Shown here: piece by piece, positions 1-13,800 of the stretch
How positions within the stretch are numbered: the first letter of the stretch is position 1
How the letters are laid out: each line of letters opens with the position of its first letter
NCBI RefSeq assembly: GCF_963921235.1
Contig: NC_086097.1
Coordinates: forward strand, 43,712,001 to 43,776,000
Direction of reading: 5' to 3'
Length of the DNA stretch: 64,000 bases
From: Mobula hypostoma
Lineage: Eukaryota
Program-made: the position numbers and the translations under genes
Notes under the pieces: model-generated
Database searches by the model: none
What the model saw: the letters and a program-made list of their open reading frames with translations, nothing else
What the model was told of the DNA's origin: nothing

Positions 1-3000
1 CTGGGTGTGAATATTTCGAAAAATACTTTTCTCACTTGAGAAAACATTCATAGCAAGACCTTGGGCCCCTTTTTCAAACTTGCGTCAAAGACACTTGTTT
101 CTTCAAAATGGTTCTAGCATAATTTGGAATAAATTTAATGTAGACAATGAGCTTTGACAAAAAGGAATCTTCAATGTTTCTTCAAGTTTCTTTTGAACAG
201 AGGTTTCTTTCCTAATCCAATTTTTAAAAAATCAACCCTAGGAAATAAGGCAAAGTAAATACATGCTGTTTTATCACTACAAAACCATTACGAGGCATCT
301 ATTGGCACACGACCATTCTGTATTAATCATTTTGGTAGCAAAACACAGGGAATATTATCCAGTTTCTCAGGATAGCATGTGCTAGGAATTATCAATTTGT
401 GCAAGTATGAACACTTTTTCCTCAATCACAAGTCACTGAATACTTTCCCAATTAGTTTACAGTTTTGGAATTCTCCTGAATGCAATCTTACATCTCACTT
501 ACAACAGAGCTTTGAACCAAAAATTAAAGTTGCTTTACTTTGGGGAAAAAAAGCAAATTAGAACACTAAATTATTAACATTATCATTGTCAGTCAGTTGT
601 AACAAGCCCTTTGCAAAGTTTAAAATACATCCAATTTTCTGCCAGTATAGTGGAGAACACAAGGAAACTGTGAGAGTGTACTAATTGCAAAAAGATGTGC
701 AGAAATAACAAACATTTAAAAAATGATAAATTTAATAGTTAATAGAACTGGAAACAAATGACTGAGTACAGAATTAGAATAACCTAAATTATGATAACTA
801 ATGCAATTATTTGTTTAAAAATTACCATTTAGAAACTGCAAAGCAATACAAACACCATCTACAAAGAAAAAAAAAATCAAATTTCATGAAAAGCAAACTC
901 GAAAGGCCAGGTTTTGTCAGACTGCCTCATTTGGACCGTAGCATGTAACAGAAATAACTGTTTCTGCTTTCATCTTTTATGTGGAGAATAGACCAGGAAG
1001 ATCAGTTTGCTTAATTGGATTGTGGCTTTATAAATCTTTTTCCAAAATGGTTCATGGAAAAGATCCATTTCGGTTTTTTGGGCAGGAAATCCATAAGTTT
1101 TCTCAGTTTTATATTTTACATTGTGCATTGTATTTCAACATCCTTGCTTGAAGATACAAAACTTACACGGCACCATTTTAACTATAAAACTGGTACCATC
1201 AATATTGATGATCTGTTTTAAAAATATTTACATGTTTACTTATGTAATGGCAAGGTTGGAACCTTGGACATAAACTAGGAAGGGAAAATTAACTTAGCAC
1301 CCGACTCAAAATGCCGGAAGAACTCAGCTTGTCAGGCAGCACCCATGTGTTGCTCTGGATTTCCTGCAACTGCAGAATCGCGTGCTTACAATTAACTTTG
1401 CACCTTTTGTTGTGGAGGTGATGGCATATAAATTAAATAATCTCATAGGTAACCACTACCCACGTTCTAACCCCAACAAATAGCTCCAGTATTTAAATTC
1501 AGTTAAGTCTGGTCATCTCAATCTTTTGAAGTCATCTAGCAATCACAACAACAAAACCATAAGTGATCTTGGGACTGGATTTAAACAGGCCAAAGTTATT
1601 TCATCATGGGGTAATGCTACAAAGCTACCTATTCCCTACCAACATCAGTGTAGAAGTACCTTCACCAGAAGGACTACACTAGTTCACTGCCATCTTCAAA
1701 ATAAATAGGTGATGGAAGAACACCAGTGAAGACCTTAGTATGCTTACCAGTGAGAACTTTATTCCAAAAATGAACGAATACTTGATTCCCCCAACATATA
1801 CTGCAGCAATATTGAATTTCTGTCAGAGGTTTATACTTCTAAACCGTGCATCAACACAAAAGTTATGTTTTGGTGGAACATAATTCAAGCAGTGGCTAAG
1901 TTGTTGGTGAGTGTACTTCTGTTGGTGACTCTTTCTATCATAGAGGGAAGAAAATGATTGATTATATTACCTTGGCAACATTGTACATGTCTAGTAAATG
2001 CAGCTTAAGTCATCAACAAGTGCCTGAAATAAACCATTAACTCGCCTTGGTAATATCAGAAAAGCAAGATTATTTAAGAATGCAAGATTACTAAACATTC
2101 ATGCCCAATATAATAAAAATCTCTGTCCTCATACAAGAATCTTAAAGATTAGAATACAGGTACAAGGAAATGGGTACAAATGAGCAGCACTTTTCAGACC
2201 CACAACCACTACCATCTTGAAAGACTAGAAGAGCAGATTCCTAGGACCACCACCATTTGGTAATCCTCCTCCAAGTCACTCACCATCCCGACTTGGAAAC
2301 TTATCGCTGTTCCTTCACTGTCGCCGAGTCAAATTCATGGAATTCCTTCCCTAACAGCACTATGGGTGTACCTACACCTCAGGGACAGCAGCGATTCACA
2401 AAGGTAGCTCATCAGCACCTTCTTAAGGGCAACCAGGATGGACAATAAATACTGGCTTAGCTGGCGACATTCCGTAAGTGATTTTTTTAAAAAAAGCAAC
2501 CTCCTTTATGCAAGGGTGATTAACTACAGGAGCAGGAAATAAGATCTTAAAATGCTTGAAGTACTCAGCAAACCAAGCAATATATGTGGAGACAAACCAT
2601 ATCATTTTAGGCCAATAGATTTTTATCAAAACAAATAAACAAAATTTTGAACAATTATCAAAAGAATTTGGAATTCTGGAAATCTGGAATAAAAAAATCC
2701 AGAAAAGCTCAATATACAAATCTCAATGTGGACTGCAGATGACTGCAACAGGAAAGCACAGGAGGCCAAAGATGAATTCAAAGTAAGACAGAATTAATGA
2801 AAGCACAATAAAATAGGATCAAGGATACTTCACTTGGCCCCTGCTATTCAATTTTGGTTAATCTATCCCACACCTCAATCCTTTCTCTGTGCTATTTCAT
2901 CACAGCCTTTAATTCCCCCACCTTTCGAAATACTACAACCACATTAAAATATTTGTAATGACGTGGCTGAAAAATTAGGGTCATACCTGAGAAAACTCCT

Positions 3001-3064
3001 GTAGCAGTTTAAGGAGATGGGCATAAAATTCTGATACATCAAAAGAATAATGATCCATTTCCAA

Positions 3065-3520
3065 TCACAAACAAGAGAAAATCTACAGATGCTGGAAATA
3101 TGAGCAGCACATTCAAAATGCTGGAGGAACTCAGCAGGCCAGGCAGCATCTATGGAAAAAATTACAGTCGATGTTTTGGCCCGAAATGAGAAAAGAAAGC
3201 TAGGAGTAGATCTGAAAGGTGGGGGGAGGGGAGAGAGAAACATCAGGTGATAGGTGAAACTTGGAGAGGGAGGGATGAAGCAAAGAGCTAGGAAGTTGAT
3301 TGGTGAAAGAGACAGAAGGCCATGGAAGGAAAAAGGCAGGGGAGGGCGAGGATCTCCTGAGGAAGGTGATGGGTGGGCAAGGAGGTAACATGAGAGAGGG
3401 ACAAGGGGATGGGGAATGGTAAGGCATTACTGAAAGTTTGAGAAATCGATGTTCATGCTATCAGGTTGGAGGCTACCCAAACAGAATATAAAGCATTGTT
3501 CCTCCAACCCCAGCGTGGCC
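3065..3520 (-). mobile_element. Penelope-like element 3' fragment (degraded)
   Basis: Reverse complement of the terminal unit seen at 27200-27718 (gatgctgcctggcctgctgagttcctccagca tail, pyrimidine-rich tract, GSLQPD-encoding segment). The hammerhead region is partly deleted. Confidence 0.75.
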
Positions 3521-3594
3521 TTTGACAATGTGTTTGCACCTTACCTGAAAACACTCAATACCGTAAAGCATATATTAATCTAGTAGGGCAAAAG

Positions 3595-4255
3595 GGGCCT
3601 GGGAATACAGATTCATACCTCCTTGAAACTGGTATCACGAATAGATATGGTCGCAAAGAGAGCTTTTAGCACATTGGTCTTCATAAATCAGGGCACAGAG
3701 TGCAGGAGTTGGGATATTATGTTGAAACTTTACAAGTTTTTGGTGAGGATGAATTTAAAATATTGTATGCAATAGTGGCCAGCTAATAAGCTTGAAAGAG
3801 TGCAGAGAAAATTTACAATGATGTTGCTGGGATTGAAGACCTGAATTATCAGGGAAGGTTGAATAAATTAGGACTTTATTCCCTGGAGCATAGGAAAACA
3901 AAGGGACATCTTATAGAGGTATACAAAATTATGAGGGGTATAGACAGGGTAAATGTATGCAGGCTTTTTCTCTTTCGGTTGGGTGAGACTAGAACTAGAG
4001 GTCACAAATTTGGAGTGAAAGGTGAAACATTTAAAGGAATCTTGGAGGGAACCTTCAATCAGAAGATGGTGCGCGTGTGGAACGAGCTGCGGTAGATGCA
4101 GGTTAAATTGTAACATTTAAGAGGAGATTGGATAGGTATATGGATGGGAATGAATTGGAGAGAGATGGTCCAGTGCAAGTAGATGTGACCAAATAAAAGA
4201 TCAGGTTGGCATCGACCAGAGGGGGCAAAGGGCCTGTACTGTAGTACTCTATGAC
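3595..4255 (+). mobile_element. CR1 LINE 3' fragment
   Basis: ORF 3859-4095 (LGLYSLE...LIEVYKIMRG...TRGH...VRVWNEL) is the CR1 ORF2 C-terminus. It is followed by a CR1-type 3'UTR. Confidence 0.85.
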
Positions 4256-6134
4256 GCTTGAATAGAAAAGCCACAAACCACATGCTTCAGAAGCAGGAAA
4301 ATACCAACACATTCAAATACATTATAGTTAATAAGCATTAAAAAGGACAAGTAAAGCATATTCCAAAACATCATTAAATGTTACCCAATAATAAAAGAAT
4401 ATATCACTTCCAAGAATCTCCAGATGAATGAGAATAGGGCAGTGATATCAGAAGTAGTGGTTGAGGCAGGAACATTGGCAACATTTAAAAGCCATCTATA
4501 TAAATACATGAATGGGAGTGGTTTACAGTGCTGTGGGCAAAACGTGGGCAGAGGGGACTAGTTCACTGGGCAACACAAACAGCATGAACAAGTTGAACCA
4601 CAAGGACCTGCTTCCATGCTAATATTCTGACTTCTTTATGTTGGTGTCAAACTAAGCAAATTTAGAAAGAAATAAGTGAAGTTGCCATAATGCTCAGCTC
4701 AAATAAATTGCTACAGCCTCAGAAACTAAAGATACTCTTTTCTCCTCAATACAGTCACCAACTTCCCATTATCCACCGACGAGGAAAAGGCAAATGCCAT
4801 TGTTTTTACCAAGTTTAAAAATCAAGATCCAGGGGAGACTCATATGATTTGTTAAATATGAAACTTTGTGTAATTGGTTATTGCATTAATTCATATATAA
4901 AGAGTACTGCATTACAAAGTTGTAACCAAAGGCAGACAAGCTCACCACTTAGCTGAGCACCTTTGCTTCATCCACCATGGCTATTTAGAACTTCTGCCAC
5001 CAGCTATTTTAATACTGATTCCACATTGATCTGTCTGTCCTCAGCCTCCTACACTGCCAAGGTGAGACTAAATGCACAGTAAAGGAGTACCTCATATTCT
5101 GCCTAGGAAGTCTACAACCTGACAGCATGAAACATGTTCTCCATTTTCAGGTAACCTGCTCCTTCTGCCTTTTCTCTCTCCTCCTGATCTACGCAATTCC
5201 TCGTACACTCACTCCATTGTCCTTGTTTCCCTCCACCACTCATTTGGCTCCACCCCCGGCAGTCCTGCTCTGCCCACCCCATTTTCTCATGAGGAAGGAA
5301 AAGATGGATTATGAAAGGAAGCTGGCGACTAACATCAAAGAAGATATTAAAAGCTTTTTTTTAAGTATATAAAGGGTAAAAGAGTTGAGGGTAGATATAG
5401 GACCAATAGAAAATGACGGAGATATTGTAATTAGAGATGCAGAGATGGCAGATGAACTGAATGCGTATTTTGTATCAGTCTTCACAGTCAGTGGAAGACA
5501 TCTGCAGTATACCGGACATTCAAGAGTGCCAGGGAAGTGAGGTATGTGCAGTGAAAATTACAACTGAGAAGGTGCTCAGGAAGCTTAATGGTCTGAGGGT
5601 GGATGAATCTGCTGGACCTGATGGTATTAACCCTTGGGTTCTGAAGGAAGTAGCTGGAGAGATTGTGAAGGCATTAATGATGATCTTTCAAGAATCGATA
5701 AATCCTAGCATGAACTAGATGACTGGAAAATTGCAAATGTTACTCCACTACTTAAGAAGGGTGGAAGGCAACAAAGGAAACTATAGACCTGTTAGTCTGA
5801 CATCAGTGGTTGGAAAGTTGTTGGAATTGATAGTTAGGGAAGAGATTACGGAGTACATGGAAGCACATGACAAGACAGGCCAAAGCCAGTAGGGTTTCCC
5901 GAAAGGAAAATCCTGCCTGACTAACCTACTGCAATTTTTTGAGGAAATTACAAGCAGGGTAGACAAAGGAGATGCAGTGGATGTGGTGTACTTGGATTTT
6001 CAGAAATCCTTTGATAAGGTACCGCACAAGAGGCTGCTTAGCAAGGTAACAGCCCATGGAATTACAGGCAAGATACTAGCATGGGTGGAGCATTGGCTGA
6101 TCAGCAGAAAACAGAGTGTGGGAATAAAGGGATC

Positions 6135-6332
6135 TGTACCGTAAAGCCTACATTATAATAAGGGACTACTTTATGTTGTAGTAACATGTCGTTGCATGTG
6201 CTATTAGGCGCGTATTGATCTGTATGCGTATGTTAAGTTCGGACTCTACCAGTAAAGAACCATGAAACTTAGTTCCCGTCTCTAGCCTTTTTATTAATAA
6301 CATAGTTGTGTAAAAAGGCCATATACACAACA
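6135..6332 (+). repeat. 5' LTR of Gypsy element
   Basis: Direct repeat of 10661-10858. Manual alignment gives about 16 substitutions in 198 bp and no indels. Confidence 0.95.
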
Positions 6333-6559
6333 AATTGGCGACGAGAATTATGAACCTACATCTTATCGGAATGCCGTGTTTTTAGTTGATAATGACACCT
6401 GGAGAAGCGAGAGAAGGGGAATGAAAAAGAGCAACACACATCTAGATGGAATACGCTCGTGGTGCTAGCAAAAAGAACATGTGAGTCAAGTGGAACGTGC
6501 AGTGACTACAAGGAGCTAGCTAAAAAGAAAACAAGGAAAAATTGGACTAAATTAACATA

Positions 6560-9500
6560 ACAAAGATGGTGATGATTGGAACCATTACAGCATTTGACTG
6601 TAGCATTGAAAACTGGGTAATTTACATTAAAAGAGTTGGAATTATATTGTGATGCTAACGGTGTTAATGATGAAAAGAAAGCCAGTGTCTTACTCAATGT
6701 TATGGGAGCAAAAACATACGGGCTGCTACAGAGCTTGTTAACCCCTGAAAAGCCAGGTGACAAAACATTTAACCAAGTAGTAGACACTCTCCAACAGCAT
6801 TTAAACCTCAAACCACTGGTCATTGCTGAAAGATTTAAATATCACATACGGAATCAGAGCAAAAATGAAAGCATTTCTGAATATTGTGCTGAATTGCTCA
6901 AATGATTAGAAAATTGTCAATTTGGAACTGGTCTATCGGAGGCATTGAGGTACAGGTTAGTGTGTGGCATGCACTGCGAAACCACACAGAAGCTCCTGTG
7001 TGTAAAAAAAGACCTTAAAAGAAGTGTAAAAGAAGGCGCTAAACATTGCAATATCATTGGAAACAGCAGCACGGGGTGCTTCAGAGATACAACAAAAAAA
7101 TCTCTGGAATATGCTACAAATAAAATGTCACTGAACAGAAATGAAGGAAAGAAATGTTACCGTTGTGGGAACATATCACATGACCCTGACGACTGTTGGT
7201 TTAAAGACAAAGAATGCAGAAACTGTGGCAAACAGGGCCACATTGGCAGAGGATGCAAAGCTAGTAAACAGCAGAAAAAGGACAAAATACAGAGAAATAA
7301 GAAACCCCAGAAAGGAAAATACAACAATGTACACAAAATGAATGAAAGCAGTCCTGATGAAAATGACTCAGACAAAAGTGAATTGTCTTGTCTGCAACTT
7401 CACAGCATGAAAGAGACAGATGATCGAAGAGTAATATGGATCACTCCACAAGTGGCAGGCGTGAGAGTGAAAATGGAGTTGGACACAGGCTCAGCTTTAA
7501 TAGTGATCTCTGTGCATAACTACAAATGACTGTTTTCTCACATACCTCTGAAACGAAATAAATTACTGCTAAAGACTTACACAGGACAAAGAGTGCGTCC
7601 CAAAGGTAAAATTAAAGTGACAGTGGCCTACAAAGACAAAACACAGCAGCTGAACCTCTATGTACTGAAAAATGGAGTACCATCGTTGCTGGGACGTGAA
7701 AGGCTCAGGAAAATCCAGTTGGATCGGTACACCATCAAGGCACTAGTTGTGTCAGCAAAGGAGGGCAGCAAGGCTACATCTGAGAGACTGTCACAAATAC
7801 TTGCAGACTCTGAGGAAGTGTTCATGAAAGGAATAGGGACACTTCAGGGCATGAAGGCAAAGATTGAGGAAAATGCATGTCCAAAATTTCACAAAGCCAG
7901 ACCAGTGCCATAAGCAATCGGTCCTACAATAGAGGCCGAGCTGAAAAATCTGGGGTCCTGTCAAAGGTGGATTGGAGTGAATGGGCCACGTTTATTGTTC
8001 CAGTGATGAAGAAAACCTCCAGCACAAAACCAGGAAAACCAAGCAAGGTGTGCATACGTGGAGACTTTAAAGTGATTGTTAACCCAGTTCTCCGCACAGT
8101 ACAGTATCCTTTACCTCGTATTGAGGACATTCTTGCTTCCCTGTCAGGAGGAGAATATTTCACAAAAATTGATTTGGCCCAGGCTCATTTCCAAACGGAA
8201 ATCGATGATAAAGAAATACCTGACAATAAATACACACAAAGGACTTTACCAGTACAACAGGTTGGTGTTTGGGCTAGCAACAGCTCCTGCAATCTGGCAA
8301 AGGGCAATGGGTCAGGTCCTGCAGGGGATTCCAGGGACTCAGGGTTACCTGGATGACATCATTGTCACCGGCAAGGATGATGACGAACATCTTTCTAACC
8401 TAAAACAAGTGCTCACCAGGTTACGAGAATATGGGCTCAGAGCTAATCGACAGAAATGTGAGTTTTTCAAAAAGGGCATCTCATACTGTGGGCATGTGAT
8501 CAACAAGGATGGCTTACACACGTCCCAAGACAAGATAGAAGCAGTGCTTAAGGTACCACCACCTGAAAATATATCTCAGCTGAGAGCATATCTTGGACTA
8601 GTGAACTGTTACCACAAGTTCTTGCCTAACCTATCCACAGTCCTACACCCACTAAATGCACTATTACAGACAGGGACACAATGGAAGTGGACTAAAAGCT
8701 GTGAGAAAGCATTTCAAGAAACTAAAAGACTCATAACTTCGGAAGGGGTGCTTGCGCACTTTGACCCCTCCTTACCAATCCAACTGGCTTGTAGTGCCTC
8801 ACCCCATGGGATAGGAGCTGTGTTATTGCACAAGTTTCCAGATGGCTCAGAAAGACCAATAGCCTTTGCTTCAAGAATGCTAACTTCAGCTGAACGCAAC
8901 TATGCACAGACTGACAGACGCCCTAAGCCTCGTGTGGGGAGTCAAGAGATTTAGTCACTACCTGTATGGTCAAAAGTTTACCCTGTTGACTGACCATCAG
9001 TCTCTTGTGTCAATCTTCAATCCAAGAAAAGGTGTTCCAGCGATGACAGCACAAAGGCTGCAGCGATGGCTTCTGTTCTTAGGAGGTCACATGTATGACA
9101 TTGAACACAAGGGGACCAAGCAACATGGCAACGCAGATGGTTTGTCACGTTTACCACTGCTGACTTCAGAGATAACTACACAAATGGATTCAGCAGAGAT
9201 CTTTCATACAATAGTTGAACAATTACCAGTGGCAAACAGTCTCATTGAAAGAGAAACATGCAATGAACCTACGTTGCCAAAAGTGTATGACACCACGGTA
9301 AAGGGATGGCCAGCGCATGCTAACACACTGTTTCCAGCCTTCTCAGTGAGGAAGGATCAGTTGTCAGTGTCAGGGAACACTAATATGTGGTTCACGAGTT
9401 GTAATTCCTCCAAAGCTATGCACCAGAGTGCTGGAGGAACTGCACAAGGGGCACCTGAGTATCGTGAAGATGAAAAGTCTTGCCTGTGCCTATGTGTGGT

Positions 9501-10456
9501 GGCCAGGAATCAATAAACCGATTGAGGACTTGATCAAGAACTGCTCTGGGTGTCAAAAAGATCCAGAATACGCCACAAGCCCCTCTCCATCCATGGCAGT
9601 GGCCCTCATCACCATGGCAACGAGTGCACATCGACTTTGCTGGACCATTCATGGACTATCTTTTTAATCGCCATCAATGCATGCTCCAAATGGCCAGAGG
9701 TCATCAAAATGGAAAAGACATCGGAAAAGACCATTAGAGTTCTGAGGGCCACGTTCGCCAGGAATGGCACACCAGAACAAATCTGCACAGACAATGGACG
9801 ACAAGTTGTCTCTGAAGAATTCCAAAGTTTTGTGAAGAATAATGGAATCAAGCACTTTACATCTGTCCCTTACCATCCATCCACAAGTGGCTTTGCAGAA
9901 AGATTTGTGCAGACAGTCAAGAAAGCCATCAAGGCATGGACAGCGAAAATCGACCACTGCAATACAAGATAGACAACTTCCTCCTTGCCTATCATAATGC
10001 AGTTCATGCAACCACTAATCAGACTCCAGAGATGATGTTTCTGAACAGGAACCTGAGGTCCCGCATAGATCTTCTCAAACCAAACGTACGGCATGTGGAG
10101 AACAGACAGTTCTTGCACGTGATTACTGGACTGAAGAGTAGCAGCTGGGTACAATTTCCACCATAGACGGGCCACTGATGTATACAGCGGAGGTGGGAGA
10201 GAACGTATGGAGACGTCATGTGGTCCAAATCCTGGATGCTCAGGTGAAAAAACACAACAACGCCTTGCCTGGACTCCCCTGACATAAAAGCAAATACTCC
10301 TGATGTAACCACATCAGCCTCATCAACAGATAAGCCTGTCATCAGTGCTGATGACCCACCTGATGTATCTGTGGAGACTCATTCCCCAAAGCAAACATTT
10401 CAGGACAGACATTACCTGGAGAGGCAGAGAAAACCTCCCCAGAGACTTGAGCTCTA
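6560..10456 (+). pseudogene. Disrupted gag-pol of the Gypsy element
   Basis: Fragmented ORFs 6636-6905, 6945-7529, 7593-7913, 7877-8356, 8076-8954, 8902-9516, 9428-9667, 9550-9972 and 9936-10166 together cover gag, PR, RT, RH and IN. The ends are approximate. Confidence 0.9.
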
Positions 10457-10660
10457 AATGGGTCTTAGACCAAAAGTTAAAAAAAGAAAACCAAGGCTTG
10501 TTTTTTTAAAAAATATTTAATTTGATATTATTAAGTTACTTTGTTATAATTTGTAAACAAATGGTAGGCGTTTGTATGTTAAGGGTAAGCATATTTGTTT
10601 AGCATAGTGCCCCAGTTAAAAAAAAAAGTTGATAACACTATTAAAACAAAATGGGAGGAG

Positions 10661-10858
10661 TGTACCGTATACCCTACATTATAATAAGGAACTACTTTAT
10701 GTTGTAGTAACACGCCGTTGCATGCGCTATTAGGCACATATTGATCTGTATGTATATGTCAAGTTCGGACTCTACCAGTAAAGAATCATGAAACTTAGTT
10801 CCCGTCTCCAGCGTTTTTATTAATAACATAGTTGTGTAAACAGGCCATGTACACAACA
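10661..10858 (+). repeat. 3' LTR of Gypsy element
   Basis: Preceded by the purine-rich tract aaaatgggaggag and followed by TSD GGATC. Confidence 0.95.
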
Positions 10859-13800
10859 GGATCCTGTTCTGGTTGGCTGCCGGTTACCAGTGGAGTTCCA
10901 CAGGGGTCAGTGTTGGGACCACTGCTTTTTACGATGTATATCAATGATTTGGACTATGAGATTAATGGATTTGTGGCTAAATTTGCCAAAGATACAAAGA
11001 CAGGTAGAGGAGCGGGTAGTGCTGACGAAACAGTGAGTCTGCAGAGAGACTGAGACAGTTTAGGGGAATGGGCAAAGAAGTGGCAAATGAAATACAATGT
11101 TGGAAAGTGTATGGTCATGCACTTTGGCGGAAGAAATAAATGGACAGACTATTATTTAGATGGAGAGAGAATTCAAAATGCAGAGATGCAAAGGGACTTG
11201 GGAGTCCTTGCGCATGATATCCTAAAGGTTAACCTCCAGGTTGAGCCAGTGGTGAAGGCAAATGCAATGTTGAGGCTCTATAAGGCACTCGTAAGACCAC
11301 ACTTGGAATATTGCGTGCAGTTTTGGGCTCCTTATTTTATAAAGGATATACCGACATTGGAGAGGGTTCAGAGAAGATTCACGAGAATGATTCCAGGAAT
11401 TACCGTATGAGAAACATCTAGCAGCTCTTGGGCTGTATTCCCTGGAGTTCAGGAGAATTTGGGGGGGGGGGGGGGGGGAGGAGAAAGAATCTCATTGAGA
11501 CATTCCGAATGTTAAAAGGCCTGAACAGATTAGATATGGCAAAGTTATTTTCTATGGTAGGGGAGTCTGGGACAGGAGGGCATGACTTCAGGATTGAAGA
11601 GCGTCCATTTAGAACAGAAATGCGGAGAAGTTACTTTAGTCAGAGGGTGGTAAATCTGTGGAATTAGTTGCCACGAGTGCTGTGGAGGCCAAGTCATTGG
11701 GTGCATTTAAGGCAGAGATAGATAGGTTCTTGATTAACCAGGGCATCAAAGGGTACGCGGAGAAGGCAGAGGAGTTGGGATGACTGGAAGAATTGGATCA
11801 GCCTATGACTGAATGGCAGAACAGACTCGATGAGCCGAATAGGGTACTTCTGCTCCTATATCTTATGGTCTTATTACCACTTTTCATCATCTGCCTCCAC
11901 CTATTATATCCTAACCTGTTGGTATTCCTATTCCTCTACCGGCCTTTCTACCCACTTCACTTGGATCCACCTCTTTCACCAGCTCTTGCTTTACCCTTTC
12001 CCCTCACCTCAATATTGGCTACCTCTACACTACTTTCAGTCCAGATGAAAGGTCTTGATTAAAAATGCTGACTTTCCATCTCCCTCCACAAATAAAGCCT
12101 ACTCATTGATTCCCTCCAGTTTTTTTGCTCTAACTTAGCTAATTGCACAAGACAACATAGCTAACTCATATCATGTCATATATACTTTTTGCAAGCCTAA
12201 GCAGAGAAAGACTTTCCAATTTTAAATTTATTCTGAGGTAAAACCAGAAAATAAACCAAAATAGTGCTTACACAGTCGAGTTAAAATTTTAAATCTTTCA
12301 TTGGATTATTTTAAAATATTGCAAAAAAAATTTCCCTGTATTTCCCTAAATAATAAATATCATTGTTAGGCAAATCACAGTTTTCATTGGATAACAACTG
12401 AATAGCATTTCATTTTGCCCATTACTCAAATTCTCTACCTCACTCCCACTCCAATCTGTCTGACGCCTCCTGCAGGGTTCCAGTGAAGAACTGCATTTTA
12501 TTCTCCATCTGGGCATTCTAGTCTTTGGAGTTAAATTTAGAATTCAACAATATCAAGCAGAAAAAAAAACTATTTCTATCGGAAGTGCGCACTAATATTA
12601 ATTCTGCTTTTCTCTTCACCAACACTGACTAAATTGTTGGGTACTTTAGTATCATCTTTTTGATTTCAGTTCTCTGTAATAACTCTGGGCTCTATTATAT
12701 TGCTTTTATGTCCTTTTCCTTATTTTCCTTTCTCTATTTGCTTTCACGAATCTACCAACCATACCGCCTCTAAATAATGTGATCACCTGGACAATGGTAG
12801 CCTCACCTTATGAGATATTCCCTTTGTCACCCCGTCTCTCTGGAACTAAGACTCCAGAATCGCAGTCGCTATGCCTCCACTTGTTTACTCACCTTTCCTA
12901 GTTCTGCTGAGTTTTCAGTCTGGATGATCTTTAAGGAATATTCTGTACAGATCAAGTTTTAACAATTTTACACATGCCTCACCTTGACAAAGCAACTCAC
13001 TTTGTCCTATTCATCCCCTTTCCTGTCTTTTTTCCCTAATTACATGTTATTTTGGTAATATAATTTTAAAGATCTGATTAAATTTGCTATACATTTGACT
13101 GAGGCAAATTGTCATTTCCACTTTTGAGGAAGGACTAGAAAATATGTAGGCAATTTAGAAGAAACCTCAATAAAATGAGCTTGGTACTTTAAGAAACTAA
13201 GAACAGGTTGTTGTGAAGAGTGTGGATACATATAAAACTGGATAAACATACATGCAAGGAAGAAAACTGGTAAGGGTATGATAGTAGAAGAAAGTAGAGC
13301 ATGAATGTCAAATGGATAGAATGGAACAAATGCACTGCAATATACATTTCATGTAATGGCATTATATAGTAACAGATCAATGACTAAATAAACAGTACAT
13401 TCTAGTTTCAATCTGGTTAAGGTTGGAAAGCTGACTCAGAATGAACTAGCTTTTTAGTTCTATAGTAAAGTGTTGTCTTTGGTATAACTTGCTTAACACT
13501 AACAAAAGTTGCTTGCACTTCTACCTTTATACAAATATCTTTAGGCTTCTTGTTTATATTAAGAGCTTTTTATTTATATGAAGTGTGCTTCCAAACATCC
13601 CCATAAAGAGAAACAAAACACTAAAATCTAGGTAATGTTAGGATTGAAGAAAATTTAAAATATTCATAATTCTGTATTTAATTCATTGAAAACTAATGTC
13701 CCAATGAATTAAATTGAGAAACAAAAACAGCATCAAAATTGTGTTCATTTGTACCAATGATACTTTGAAATATTGAGCAAGTTATATTTCTCCCCTGCTT

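Larger units (their letters stand above)
6135..10858 (+). mobile_element. Full-length, decayed Ty3/Gypsy LTR retrotransposon (Mag-like organisation)
   Basis: 198-bp LTRs (TGT...ACA), 5-bp TSD GGATC (6130-6134, 10859-10863), PBS TGGCGACGAG (6336-6345) and PPT (about 10648-10660). Gag has two CCHC knuckles (CYRCGNISHDPDDC, CRNCGKQGHIGRGC). Protease ELDTGS, RT YLDD, RNase H and integrase follow in Gypsy order, with many frameshifts and stops. Confidence 0.96.
5287..11872 (+). mobile_element. 5'-truncated CR1 LINE (RT to 3'UTR) interrupted by the Gypsy element
   Basis: RT motifs lie on both sides of the LTR element. Removing 6135-10863 restores GIKGSCSGWLPVTSGVPQGSVLGPLLF. The C-terminus has LVRPHLEYCVQFW. 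Multiple stops and frameshifts. Confidence 0.9.
4925..12130 (+). mobile_element. Old Penelope-like 3' remnant (about 4925-5286 and 11873-12130) split by a CR1 insertion
   Basis: The left part resembles the GIY-YIG C-terminal region of the element at 27130-27290 (ctcatattctgcctaggaagtctacaacctgacagcatgaa). The right part continues the pyrimidine tract and a decayed tail (cagtccagatgaaaggtcttg...). Boundaries are approximate. Confidence 0.55.

Noticed and set aside
1..1230. Short minus-strand open stretches following AG-ending pyrimidine tracts (near 238 and 1213) as possible PPP2R5C exons
   Set aside because: Translations contain stops and do not match the expected next exon (DVPPADQEKLFIQKL...), which must lie beyond the window start.
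11461..11481. Poly-G run as a functional G-quadruplex
   Set aside because: It is a homopolymer expansion at a G-rich position of the CR1 ORF2 (RRxRGDLIE region). Similar runs occur in other CR1 copies.
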